From an uncultured Syntrophomonas sp. (GTDB taxonomy: Bacteria; Bacillota; Syntrophomonadia; Syntrophomonadales; Syntrophomonadaceae), in the NCBI GenBank assembly GCA_964635975.1, contig CAZWPO010000017.1, forward strand, positions 970 through 64,969: 64,000 bases of DNA. Reading direction: 5' to 3'. The notes under the pieces were generated by a model that was not told where the DNA came from, made no database searches, and saw only the letters and a list, made by a program, of their open reading frames with translations. The position numbers and the translations under genes were made by a program. Positions 18,109 to 27,082 of the stretch are shown in pieces (the first letter of the stretch is position 1; each line of letters opens with the position of its first letter).

Positions 18109-19473
18109 TTATACTGGAAAAGCATACTTTTTGAGTTTGCGATATAGAGTTGTGCGATCGATCCCGAGCAGCCTGGCGGCACTAATAATATCATCGTTTA
18201 CTTCCAGCAATGCCTTCTTTATTACCTGCCGCTCGAAATCTTCAGTAATTGATTTAAGATCTTTCGTTTCATCGAAGTCCACCGGTATATCAAAGTCGGT
18301 GTTTAAAAAGCCAAAATGCTTCCGGCTCAATATCGAGCTGCTCTCCATATCCGCAATAATCATTGCTCTTTCCATCACATTTTCCAGCTCTCGGACATTG
18401 CCCGGCCACTGGTACTGTTCCAAGGACTTGAGCGCTTTTTCACTCACTTCTTTTATATCCACGTGTAGACGTTTATTTAATTTTTTCAAAAAATGTATTA
18501 TCAACAACGGTATGTCTTCTTTTCGGGCACGAAGAGGAATCATCTCCAAATTAAACACATTGAGCCGGAAATACAGATCCTGCCGGAATGAGCTCTGACT
18601 TACCATTTTACCAAGATCACGGTTGGTAGCGGCAATCACTCTCACATCCAGGGAAATCGGGCGGCTGCCTCCTATCCTCTCTACTTCCTGTTCCTGGAGA
18701 GCGACCAGCAGCTTGCTCTGCATTCCATAGGACATCTCCGCGATCTCATCCAGAAAAATTGTGCCTCCTTGCGCCAGTTCAAACTTGCCAGGTTTACCAC
18801 CTTTTCGCGCACCCGTATAGGCACCTTCTTCATATCCGAATAGTTCGGCTTCAAGAAGATTCTCGGGTATTGCCGCACAGTTGACCCTGATAAAGGGATT
18901 GTGAGATCGACTGCTCCGGTTATGTATCGAGTTGGCCAGAAGTTCTTTTCCGGTTCCACTTTCCCCGGTGATCAGAACCGTGGTGTCGGGATGGTTGGCA
19001 ATCTGCCGCGCCAATGCTATCGTATTGCAAAATTCCGGGCTGTTTCCCACCAGATCGTCGAAATTGTATTTGGCCTGATGCAGAGTGCTGACCTCGCTCT
19101 TGTACATTTTTAGTTCTGCAATCAAACTTTCTATGGTTTCTCTGGCATCCAGTATGTCCAAAAAGACACTATAGGCAAAAACGCCTATTACTTTCCCGTC
19201 TTGAAATATGGGAATCGATGATGCGATCATATTGCGCCCTTTTACTCTCCAGTTGTATGCGCAAATAGCATCACCTGTCTCCAGCACCTTGAGCGTTCGT
19301 GTTTGGGGAGAGATCTCCAAAATGGATTTACCGATAACATCTTTTCTTTCCATTTCGATTATTTTTAAATAGGTTTCATTGATGTAGACTATACGTCCTT
19401 GATGATCGATAATATATCCGGCAATATAGCGGTTCTGATCAATAATATCTTTATACACCCTCTCGATATCCAT
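18109..19473 (-). CDS. Sigma54-dependent transcriptional activator (PAS sensor + AAA+ + Fis-type HTH)
   Basis: GESGTGKELLA Walker A, GAYTGA (GAFTGA-type loop), ELFGYEEG, C-terminal AARLLGIDRTTLYRKLKK. ATG at 19473 follows AGGGGGAG. The track ORF starts at GTG 19503. Confidence 0.9.
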   Translation of the reverse strand: MDIERVYKDIIDQNRYIAGYIIDHQGRIVYINETYLKIIEMERKDVIGKSILEISPQTRTLKVLETGDAICAYNWRVKGRNMIASSIPIFQDGKVIGVFAYSVFLDILDARETIESLIAELKMYKSEVSTLHQAKYNFDDLVGNSPEFCNTIALARQIANHPDTTVLITGESGTGKELLANSIHNRSSRSHNPFIRVNCAAIPENLLEAELFGYEEGAYTGARKGGKPGKFELAQGGTIFLDEIAEMSYGMQSKLLVALQEQEVERIGGSRPISLDVRVIAATNRDLGKMVSQSSFRQDLYFRLNVFNLEMIPLRARKEDIPLLIIHFLKKLNKRLHVDIKEVSEKALKSLEQYQWPGNVRELENVMERAMIIADMESSSILSRKHFGFLNTDFDIPVDFDETKDLKSITEDFERQVIKKALLEVNDDIISAARLLGIDRTTLYRKLKKYAFPV

Positions 19474-19841
19474 ATATCTCCCCCTCATGGCATCGATCAC
19501 CAATATAGCGTTGTATTATCAATCTCTGACCAGGTTAAAATAAGAGGTGTTTTTCTCTAAATCTAAGATAATTAAGTAAAGTGCAGACCATATAGTTTTA
19601 AATAATTTTTCGCTATATCGATACCAGACTCCTTCAACTATTTTTCAATAATTGTTAAGAACCGCTATGGTTTAAAGGATGAGAAATCCAGCAACCTTTC
19701 AGAGCTATTTATTCTTATCACTTGCTTGTCTTTCTCCTCTATGACAAACACCTTTCCACTCGGGAGTTTTGTGGTTATAAAATGTTGGTTGGATTATGGA
19801 CATGAAGAGTTGAGAATAAGACATGAACAGCTATAATCATA

Positions 19842-19861
19842 CTGCAAATCGATATTTGCAG
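19842..19861. promoter_or_regulatory. 8-4-8 palindrome CTGCAAAT-cgat-ATTTGCAG in a 600-bp AT-rich spacer
   Basis: Read directly. The function is unknown; it may be a protein-binding site. Confidence 0.25.
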
Positions 19862-20106
19862 AAGAATATCGAAAATACGGCCAAGAGATTTCTTAAATTG
19901 ATTAAATCATCTTATAAAAAATTTCATTACACTGCAAGACTAATGTATACTATAGATAATATCCTTCTTGTTTTGCATCTTATCTGAAATCTTTTTCTAA
20001 TGTCTGCTACTACCTACTGCCGAAGTTATTGCAAGCATTTTTATCCGACTATGAGATCTGATTCCTCCCCCATCTCAAGCCGTTTTCTGGCCAGGAGGTT
20101 TCTACA

Positions 20107-20814
20107 ATGGACGGTATACTTGTTCAACTCAGTGACATCAAGAAAACCTATTACGGGGCAGGTGCTCCAGTGCAGGCTTTGCGCTCGATAACCATGCAGG
20201 TTTTCATCGGAGAAATGCTGGCCATCATGGGGGCTTCAGGAAGCGGTAAATCGACCCTCATGAATCTCCTCGGCTGCCTGGACAAACCAGATTCGGGAAC
20301 CTATATATTTGCCGGTGAGGACATTATGACACTGGACAAAAACCAGCTCGCCCACTTTCGCAATAAACTGATAGGCTATGTTTTTCAGCATTTCAATCTG
20401 CTCGGCAGAGCAACCGCACTGGAAAACGTCTGCCTGCCTTTGAATTATGCAGGAGTACCCGTAAAAGAGCGAGAGAACCGGGGCATGGAGATGCTAAAGC
20501 TGGTGGGCTTGGAGGGTCGCGAGCACCATCTGCCCAATCAGCTTTCCGGTGGCCAGCAGCGGGTAGCCATTACCCGAGCATTGATTAATGAACCCATTCT
20601 TCTGCTAGCTGATGAACCCACCGGCGCTCTTGATACCCGCACCAGTGCAGACATCATGACTTTGCTGCAGGACCTGCACAGTTCGCACGGCCTTACGGTC
20701 GTAATAGTCACCCATGAAGCACATATTGCCCAATACTGCCAGCGTATAATTACCCTCAGCGACGGTGTCGTACTCCAAGAAGAAATAATACCCGAGTTCA
20801 TGCCATGCAAATAG
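20107..20814 (+). CDS. ABC transporter ATP-binding protein (MacB/LolD-like) with no adjacent permease gene
   Basis: GASGSGKST Walker A, LSGGQQRVAITRAL signature, LLLADEPTGALD Walker B. AGGAGG RBS. Confidence 0.85.
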   Translation: MDGILVQLSDIKKTYYGAGAPVQALRSITMQVFIGEMLAIMGASGSGKSTLMNLLGCLDKPDSGTYIFAGEDIMTLDKNQLAHFRNKLIGYVFQHFNLLGRATALENVCLPLNYAGVPVKERENRGMEMLKLVGLEGREHHLPNQLSGGQQRVAITRALINEPILLLADEPTGALDTRTSADIMTLLQDLHSSHGLTVVIVTHEAHIAQYCQRIITLSDGVVLQEEIIPEFMPCK

Positions 20815-20843
20815 AATAACACTACTCCTCTTCATATATATCT

Positions 20844-20873
20844 AAAGGGAGCGATTTTATCGCTCCCTTTTTG
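20844..20873. terminator. Intrinsic terminator between the convergent ABC ATPase and ubiX genes
   Basis: AAAGGGAGCGA-tttta-TCGCTCCCTTTTT. Confidence 0.7.
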
Positions 20874-20928
20874 TCGTTAACACACCTATTAATCTGAAAA
20901 TGCAGCTTCCCGGCAAATCACGAAATAC

Positions 20929-21528
20929 CTAGCGGGGCAGCGAGGGCAATGCTGATTCCCTATCCCCGCCGCCCTGCCAGGGTTTGAATCTCATATGATC
21001 GAGGCCGAACTGCATCAGGACTTTGCCTATGATATGTTCAACCTGGTCCTGTATGCTCCGGGGATGATTATAGAAGGTCAGTACCGGAGGTACTATCGTG
21101 CAACCGCATTCGGCGGCCTCCAGCAGGTTCTTCAAGTGAATTTTACTGAGTGGGGTTTCCCTGGGAACCAGTACCACCCGGCGGTTCTCTTTCAGGCAAA
21201 CATCGGCGGCCCTGACCAGCAAATTATCTGCATAGCCGTGGGCGATAGCAGCCAGAGTTTTCATGCTGCAGGGGATAATCACCATGCCGTCGGTCTTAAA
21301 AGATCCGCTGGAAATTGAAGCGGCCATGTTCTTTTCATCGTGATAATGATCGGATAATGCTATCAGGTCTCCGATCTCCATATCAGTTTCGGCGGCTAGA
21401 GTCATTCTAGCGCCTGCCGATACCACTAGATGGGTTTCACAATCCGGTTGGCAGCGTAAGGCCTTTAACATTTGGACTCCCAGTATGGCTCCACTGGCTC
21501 CCGATATCCCCACAATTATCCTCATCAA
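20929..21528 (-). CDS. ubiX: Flavin prenyltransferase UbiX (prFMN synthase)
   Basis: 199 aa: RIIVGISGASGAILGVQMLKAL...MVIIPCSMKTLAAIAHGYADNLLVRAADVCLKE. Confidence 0.9.
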   Translation of the reverse strand: MMRIIVGISGASGAILGVQMLKALRCQPDCETHLVVSAGARMTLAAETDMEIGDLIALSDHYHDEKNMAASISSGSFKTDGMVIIPCSMKTLAAIAHGYADNLLVRAADVCLKENRRVVLVPRETPLSKIHLKNLLEAAECGCTIVPPVLTFYNHPRSIQDQVEHIIGKVLMQFGLDHMRFKPWQGGGDRESALPSLPR

Positions 21529-21598
21529 TGTCTGCCCCCTTTCCGCTTTGATATACGTTCTCCTTCGGTAAATTTGCAGGTGGCTGTTTGTAGACCTG

Positions 21599-21823
21599 CT
21601 ATTTTTTAAGCTCAGGGATGGGAGGGATGATATCCAGCAAAGCTATCTTGGCTGGATCTATCTTGAAGCGCTTGTCATATTTTGCAGGGTCGGTGATCTC
21701 ATCACTCTCGGTCGACCTCCACGAGAAATTGCAGGTATTGCAGATATACACTTCCCATGCATCATCTTTGGGAGCCTTCGCCATCAATTCGGCGGTATTC
21801 GAATCACAACGCGGACATATCAT
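21599..21823 (-). CDS. BsdD/VdcD-like small zinc-ribbon subunit of phenolic-acid (de)carboxylases
   Basis: 74 aa from the ATG at 21823 (GGGAGGGAGG RBS): MICPRCDSNTAELMAKAPKDDAWEVYICNTCNFSWRSTE, a CxxC...CxxC pattern. It starts 4 nt after the UbiD stop. Confidence 0.7.
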   Translation of the reverse strand: MICPRCDSNTAELMAKAPKDDAWEVYICNTCNFSWRSTESDEITDPAKYDKRFKIDPAKIALLDIIPPIPELKK

Positions 21824-21827
21824 GATA

Positions 21828-23255
21828 TTACCTCCCTCCCATCTCTCTAATAGCATTCTTTAAATAGTTAGTCCAGAATTCTGTCTTGACCGGGATATCC
21901 AGCAGTTCGGTTTCCCTCCCTACATCGGGCGCTACCGGAGTCGTAGCATCTATGATCAGTTTGGTGTGCATGCCCGCCGGTTCTGACGAGGGATCTAAAG
22001 GCATGCCCGGCGCCCAGGGGATCAAAATTACATCTTTGGAAGGGCGCACCCGGGTGGTGAGCGCCCACATCACCTGGGGCAGGTTGAAGGGATCCACGAA
22101 CTCATCTACGATAATTACTATTTTGGAATATGGCATGCCATGTGGAGTAGACAGGAGCCTCATGGCTACTGCTTTGCCATAGCCCCCCAAGCGAGATTTG
22201 GTTGAAACAATGACTCCAATGCCGTGAGTATACATGGCATTGACTGCTTCCACCTCCGGGAAATCACGCTTGAGCTGCCGGTATAGAGGCAGGCTGGTAT
22301 TTAAAGCCAGCAGGTAGTCGATCTCAGTCCAGGGCATCCCCAGGTAAAGGTTTTCAAATATAGGGTTCACCCGGTGGGTTATGGTGTGGATCTTCACTTC
22401 AGGCTGGCGGCGGGCTCCGGAATAACTACCCGGGAACTCACCGAAAGGCCCTTCAATGTATCTCTCGCGCGGTATGATGTAGCCTTCCAGGATGATCTCA
22501 CTGCGGGCCGGAATGTTCAGGTCTCCCACCTCGGTCTTGGTCAGCTCGATAGGTTCTCCTTTCAGCGCTCCGGCAAAATCATATTCGGACTGCACGTACT
22601 CGATAGGGGTGCTGCCCATAAAGCTCAAAACCGGATCATTTCCTATGCATATGGCTATGGGCAGTGGCTCACCTCTTTCTTCTGCCTTGCGCAAGTGTAT
22701 CCCTATGTCGTGAAAAGGCAGCGGCTGGATCCCCAGGCGGTCCTTGCCTTTGACCTGGATGCGGTAGATGCCCACATTCTCTTTATCGAGGTTGTCGGGC
22801 TCATCGATGTCTTTGCTGATAATGAGCGCCTTGGACAAGTAAAAACCGCCGTCATGCTTGTTGATGCGGAAAAGCGGCAGCAGCTCAAACAGATTGATAT
22901 CCCCGGTGATCTTCACTTCTTTACAGGGTGCATCATCGACCCATACGGGTTTAACGGGATAATCCGACCATAGTTTGTCGAGTGCAAAGAACTGGTCTTT
23001 TATAGAAGTATCTTTGGGCAGCCCCAGCATCAAGGCGTGATTCTGCCAGGACCCCTGAACGTTCAGCACAACGCTGTTATAGTAGCCTTTTACCTTCTCT
23101 ATAAAAACGGCAGGTCCATTCTCCAGATTGGGAGCCGCTCTCCCAATAGCGCTCAAATCGGGCTCGGGCATCAGCTCCTCTTTTATCCTCACCAGCTGAT
23201 TCTCCGATTCAAGCAGGGCTAAAAACTCTCGCAGATCTTTATAGGCCAATTTCAT
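21828..23255 (-). CDS. UbiD-family prFMN-dependent (de)carboxylase, BsdC/VdcC/ShdC size class
   Basis: 475 aa: DLREFLALLE...NLENGPAVFIEKVKGY...NVGIYRIQV...the fold is recognisable along the whole length. Confidence 0.85.
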   Translation of the reverse strand: MKLAYKDLREFLALLESENQLVRIKEELMPEPDLSAIGRAAPNLENGPAVFIEKVKGYYNSVVLNVQGSWQNHALMLGLPKDTSIKDQFFALDKLWSDYPVKPVWVDDAPCKEVKITGDINLFELLPLFRINKHDGGFYLSKALIISKDIDEPDNLDKENVGIYRIQVKGKDRLGIQPLPFHDIGIHLRKAEERGEPLPIAICIGNDPVLSFMGSTPIEYVQSEYDFAGALKGEPIELTKTEVGDLNIPARSEIILEGYIIPRERYIEGPFGEFPGSYSGARRQPEVKIHTITHRVNPIFENLYLGMPWTEIDYLLALNTSLPLYRQLKRDFPEVEAVNAMYTHGIGVIVSTKSRLGGYGKAVAMRLLSTPHGMPYSKIVIIVDEFVDPFNLPQVMWALTTRVRPSKDVILIPWAPGMPLDPSSEPAGMHTKLIIDATTPVAPDVGRETELLDIPVKTEFWTNYLKNAIREMGGR

Positions 23256-23298
23256 CCCTTCTTTCTTGTTATTGAAGTCGCTTCATCAAAGGATTCCG

Positions 23299-23320
23299 GC
23301 AGCGGGTTCGCACCCGCTGC
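23299..23320 (-). other. Intercistronic GC-rich hairpin with a GNRA loop (GCAGCGGGU-GCGA-ACCCGCUGC)
   Basis: Perfect 9-bp stem read directly, between the thiolase-like stop and the UbiD start. No U-tract follows. Confidence 0.5.
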
Positions 23321-23365
23321 GCATACGGATAAGGGGGACGGGAATGCTTTAGGATACTGTTTCAC

Positions 23366-24565
23366 TTAACTAACTTTAATAACCATGGATGCGCCTATAT
23401 CGCCTGCTGCGCAGCCGGTAAACGCTCCGTAGCCTCCTCCCTGGATCACCAGAGCCTCGATCAATTCTATTATGGCCCGTCCGGCGGTCGGAGCCTGGGG
23501 ATGTCCGTAAATCAGCGAAGAACCATAGTTATTGAGGATCTTTTGATCAATGCCCAGCTGCTTGCTCAGGTTGACATCATTGACAGCAAAAGGATTGTGG
23601 GTTTTAACCTGGCTGAGGTCGCTCACCTTTATCCCGGCATCCCTGGCTGCCAGGTCTAGAGCTGGAGCTGGAGCTCCGGCCATTCGGCCGGCTCCTACCC
23701 GCACTATGCCATAGGACAAGATTTGGACGGTTATATTGGGATCTTTGCTTATTTCACGAGCCTTTTCTTTGGTAGTTACAATAGTCGCGCAGTGTCCGTC
23801 GGCAGGGTGCGTCTGGCTGCCAAAAGTCAAAACCCCATCCGGTATTATAGGTTTGAGCTTGGCCAGGGCTTCTTTCGAGGTAGGAGTAATCCCATCATCA
23901 GCTTCGATGACTATCACATCCTTCTTGCTCATCCGGGACTCCACAGGAAACATGTAACGCTTTTGAAACGCACGATCGTCAGCCAGAGCGTCTTGATACT
24001 GTTCGTATCTAAGCAGAGCCACCTCGTCACATTCCTCTTTGCTAATACCCACCTCTTTGGCCACGGCCTCGGCTGTTCTAAACATGGCCAATCCTGCTCC
24101 CGGAGAGGGATCACGCTCGAAATTGTCCAACACTATATTCTCAGTAGCTACCTGACCGGATCTGGGATCGGGCAGAACTAATATCGGTCCGCTGGAACAA
24201 CGGTCGGTAGAAAGCGTGTATACCGCTTCGTAAGCGCCCATCTCTACATCGCTGGCCGCCAGCTGCAGGGTGGTAACGGAAGTCGCACATACCTGGTTTA
24301 TCTGCAAAGCGGGAATGTCTTTCTTGCGGTCAAGGATTACCGCCGCCGAGTAGGCATGGCCATAGAATGATAGAGGCTGGGCTACAGTAATGCCAAAGTA
24401 TAAAAAATCAAGTATGGTGGGGTCAATGCCCTTAGCCTCAAACCACCGTTTTGAGGTTTGGGCGGCCAGCTCCACAGAGTTTTCCTGCTTCAAAGATCCA
24501 TTCCAGCGAACAAACGGGGTAGAGTAATATCCACCATAAGGAATAAAGGCTTTTGAAAATATCAA
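23366..24565 (-). CDS. Divergent thiolase-family protein
   Basis: NQVCATS (Cys retained), GHPQAPTAGR and GCAAGDIGAS replace the usual thiolase motifs. The likely start is TTG at 24565, 8 nt after GGAGG (MIFSKAFIPYGG). The track ORF extends to 24625 through an unlikely leader. Confidence 0.75.
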   Translation of the reverse strand: MIFSKAFIPYGGYYSTPFVRWNGSLKQENSVELAAQTSKRWFEAKGIDPTILDFLYFGITVAQPLSFYGHAYSAAVILDRKKDIPALQINQVCATSVTTLQLAASDVEMGAYEAVYTLSTDRCSSGPILVLPDPRSGQVATENIVLDNFERDPSPGAGLAMFRTAEAVAKEVGISKEECDEVALLRYEQYQDALADDRAFQKRYMFPVESRMSKKDVIVIEADDGITPTSKEALAKLKPIIPDGVLTFGSQTHPADGHCATIVTTKEKAREISKDPNITVQILSYGIVRVGAGRMAGAPAPALDLAARDAGIKVSDLSQVKTHNPFAVNDVNLSKQLGIDQKILNNYGSSLIYGHPQAPTAGRAIIELIEALVIQGGGYGAFTGCAAGDIGASMVIKVS

Positions 24566-24608
24566 TTTGATAACCTCCTCTTCGATAGAAATGTACACTA
24601 CTATTAAG

Positions 24609-24624
24609 AGCAAAAACCATGCCA
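24609..24624 (-). promoter_or_regulatory. Sigma54 (-24/-12) promoter TGGCAT-GGTTT-TTGCT
   Basis: The reverse strand reads TGGCATGGTTTTTGCT, 44 nt upstream of the TTG start of the thiolase-like gene. A sigma54 activator gene lies immediately upstream. Confidence 0.7.
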
Positions 24625-24784
24625 TGTTTTCATCAAACGAGGAAATCCCATATAATCAGGGATTGCCGACAAAAAACCCGGGGCTTAAAGGCTCCCGGCT
24701 TTATCTTATGGTGCGATATAGCACCAATTTTCCTTCTGAATTGTTTCCGCAGCTATCGACCCCTTAGTTCCGGCCTGTCTAACG

Positions 24785-24822
24785 ATCGATACATTGGTGT
24801 GTTTGGGCACCAATGTATCGAT
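24785..24822. promoter_or_regulatory. Perfect 15-bp inverted repeat with an 8-bp spacer; candidate activator binding site (UAS)
   Basis: ATCGATACATTGGTG-tgtttggg-CACCAATGTATCGAT, centred about 190 bp upstream of the sigma54 promoter. No T-tract on either strand. Confidence 0.45.
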
Positions 24823-24848
24823 TGCGCAACCTCCTTGCTGGCAGCATC

Positions 24849-26936
24849 TCATGCTTTAGTACTCTTTATCCCGTATTTTGCAGCTTTGCGCACTACCGTA
24901 GAATGATCCACCCCGAGCTTTTCAGCTATTTGCCTAGTAGTAAGGTTCTTTTTAAAAGCTTTCTCGAGTATCTGCTTCTCCAGGCTGCTGATGGCTTCCG
25001 CCAGCGGTATGATTCCCGATATATAAACCCTGGCCTGTTCCAGGGAATTTACCGCAATCAGAACCGGCAGATCCTCTCTGCCGATAATTTCTTTGGTAGT
25101 GGTGACCATCAAGCGTTCGATGAGGTTCTCCAGTTCACGAACATTTCCCGGCCAGTCATAGGCCATCAGATCATTCAATACTTCCGCTGATATTTTTTTG
25201 CTCTGATGGTATTTGTCGTTGAAAAGATCATTAAAGTGGTTAACCAAAGCCGGTATTTCTTCCTTCCTCTCCCTGAGCGGGGGAACATGTATGGGCACGA
25301 CATTCAGCCGGTAAAATAGATCTTCGCGGAATTCCTTTTTGTTTACCAGATCGTTAAGATCACGGTTGGTACCAGCAATTACCCGCACGTCCACATGAAG
25401 CGCCCTGTTTCCTCCCACGCGCACGATTTCTTTACTCTGCAAAACACGCAGCAATTTCACCTGCAGGGACAAAGGCAGATCACCGATCTCATCAAGGAAA
25501 ATAGTACCCCCGTTGGCCATCTGAAAATAACCCGCTTTCCCTTCTTTTCTGGCCCCGGTGAAAGCTCCGTAATCGTATCCAAATAATTCAGATTCCAACA
25601 GGCCGTCGGGTATAGCTCCGCAGTTCACAGTAATATACGGGCCCTCGCTTCTAGGACTGTTATTGTGTATCATCTCAGCGATAAGCTCCTTCCCAGTCCC
25701 AGACTCCCCGGTGATCAACACCGTGGAGTCGAATCCCGCCGTTCTCAATACCAGGGCCATCAGGTTTTTCATTGTCTCTGAATTGACCACCATTTTGTCC
25801 GATCCCATGACCCGCAGACGCAGGGAGCGTAGTTCGCTCTCGTAAGCATTGCTCAAAAGCTGAACCTCTTCAATCCTCTGTTTCAATTCGTTCAGCTCAG
25901 TAATATCCCGGATATTACAGATGACCCGGTAAATGGCGCCCTTGTCATCAAAAAAAGGATTGCCTGTCGTAAGGTGGATACGGCCGCTTTTTTTGCTCTG
26001 CTGAGCGATGGTGACCCGTTCCTTCTTATCCAGGACCAATCGAGTAACCGACTCCGATACGACACCTTCCTTCTCAAGGTCAATCATGCTCTTTCCTAGA
26101 ATCTCACCCGCCTGGTTGCCGGTTATCCGCTCAAAAGACTCATTGACACGCAGGGTCACCCCATCACCATCTGTGACCAGTATACCGTCGAAAGATGAGT
26201 CGATAATGATGTCCAATTCACGCTTCAGCTGCTTGTAATGAGCTAACTCCCTCGCTATGTCTTCCAACTCTGAAGTATCCTGAAGCACAGCCACCGCTCC
26301 GGTTATTCTCCCGTCCTTTATTACCGGGGAGCGGTTTGATATATACTGCCTGCCCTTGATCATTACTTTCTGGGCAGTTTCAGCTTTTCCAGTCTTAATT
26401 ACCTCGGCCAGGCCACTGGCAGGCTCCAGTTCCTCGATATGCATCCCGTTCAACTCATCCGCGCTCAGTTCCATTATTTTATGCACAGCATCATTTGAAG
26501 CCCTTACCAGTCCATCCCGGTCAACCGCCACGATCAGATTATGGGTGGAATTTATAATGGTATCCATCTCCATAGTCACATTTTTGAAAGATTTGAAAAA
26601 CGCCATTCCCAATTCCCGGTGGGTTATTATGCCTATTACTTTGCCATCCACCACTACCAGCGATTCCAGTCGGGGGCTTAAAAAGCCTTCAATATCGTCT
26701 TCGGGATGCCCGGTTAAAAACTCCCTGGTCATGATCTCCTTCACCGGGGTGGACATATCCTGATCGATCATATCAAATATATGGCGGTTGGAAACCAGAC
26801 CAATGATTTCCCCCTTTTCATCGACTACCGGAGCCCAATCCAATTTGTGCCTCGAAAAGAGCTGAGCAGCCTGCCGCACGCTTAGACCGGATTCCAAAGT
26901 AACGGGATCGATCTGCATAATATCTCGAAGCCTCAT
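24849..26936 (-). CDS. Sigma54-dependent activator with CBS pair + PAS domains + AAA+ + HTH
   Basis: N-terminal CBS-like region (MRLRDIMQIDPVTL...), GESGTGKELIA, GAFTGA, ELFGYDYG, C-terminal TRQIAEKLGVDHSTVVRKAAKYGI. ATG at 26936 follows AAGGTGG. Confidence 0.9.
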   Translation of the reverse strand: MRLRDIMQIDPVTLESGLSVRQAAQLFSRHKLDWAPVVDEKGEIIGLVSNRHIFDMIDQDMSTPVKEIMTREFLTGHPEDDIEGFLSPRLESLVVVDGKVIGIITHRELGMAFFKSFKNVTMEMDTIINSTHNLIVAVDRDGLVRASNDAVHKIMELSADELNGMHIEELEPASGLAEVIKTGKAETAQKVMIKGRQYISNRSPVIKDGRITGAVAVLQDTSELEDIARELAHYKQLKRELDIIIDSSFDGILVTDGDGVTLRVNESFERITGNQAGEILGKSMIDLEKEGVVSESVTRLVLDKKERVTIAQQSKKSGRIHLTTGNPFFDDKGAIYRVICNIRDITELNELKQRIEEVQLLSNAYESELRSLRLRVMGSDKMVVNSETMKNLMALVLRTAGFDSTVLITGESGTGKELIAEMIHNNSPRSEGPYITVNCGAIPDGLLESELFGYDYGAFTGARKEGKAGYFQMANGGTIFLDEIGDLPLSLQVKLLRVLQSKEIVRVGGNRALHVDVRVIAGTNRDLNDLVNKKEFREDLFYRLNVVPIHVPPLRERKEEIPALVNHFNDLFNDKYHQSKKISAEVLNDLMAYDWPGNVRELENLIERLMVTTTKEIIGREDLPVLIAVNSLEQARVYISGIIPLAEAISSLEKQILEKAFKKNLTTRQIAEKLGVDHSTVVRKAAKYGIKSTKA

Positions 26937-27082
26937 AAACAGCACCACCTTATGGTTTCCAATTTAGCATAGTAATCGGGTCTTTGCACGATATACACTT
27001 GATAAAGCCGCTTTCACCGGTGAGTCAGCATGCTATAATAAGTACCAATAGTATGGTTTATTTTCTTATAGAAAGGAAGCCA

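Noticed and set aside
19504-20106. Small ORFs in the AT-rich spacer, for example the 57-codon MNSYNHTANRYLQKNIENTAKRFLKLIK... from 19823, and the track ORF at 20000-20191
   Set aside because: Their RBSs are weak or absent, they have an AT-rich biased composition, and they show no recognisable motif.
21868-23222. Multiple track ORFs inside or antisense to the UbiD gene, and similar nested ORFs inside polA, hsdR, the CoA-transferase genes and others
   Set aside because: Each is fully contained within a longer ORF that has clear family motifs. I found no evidence of overlapping genes.
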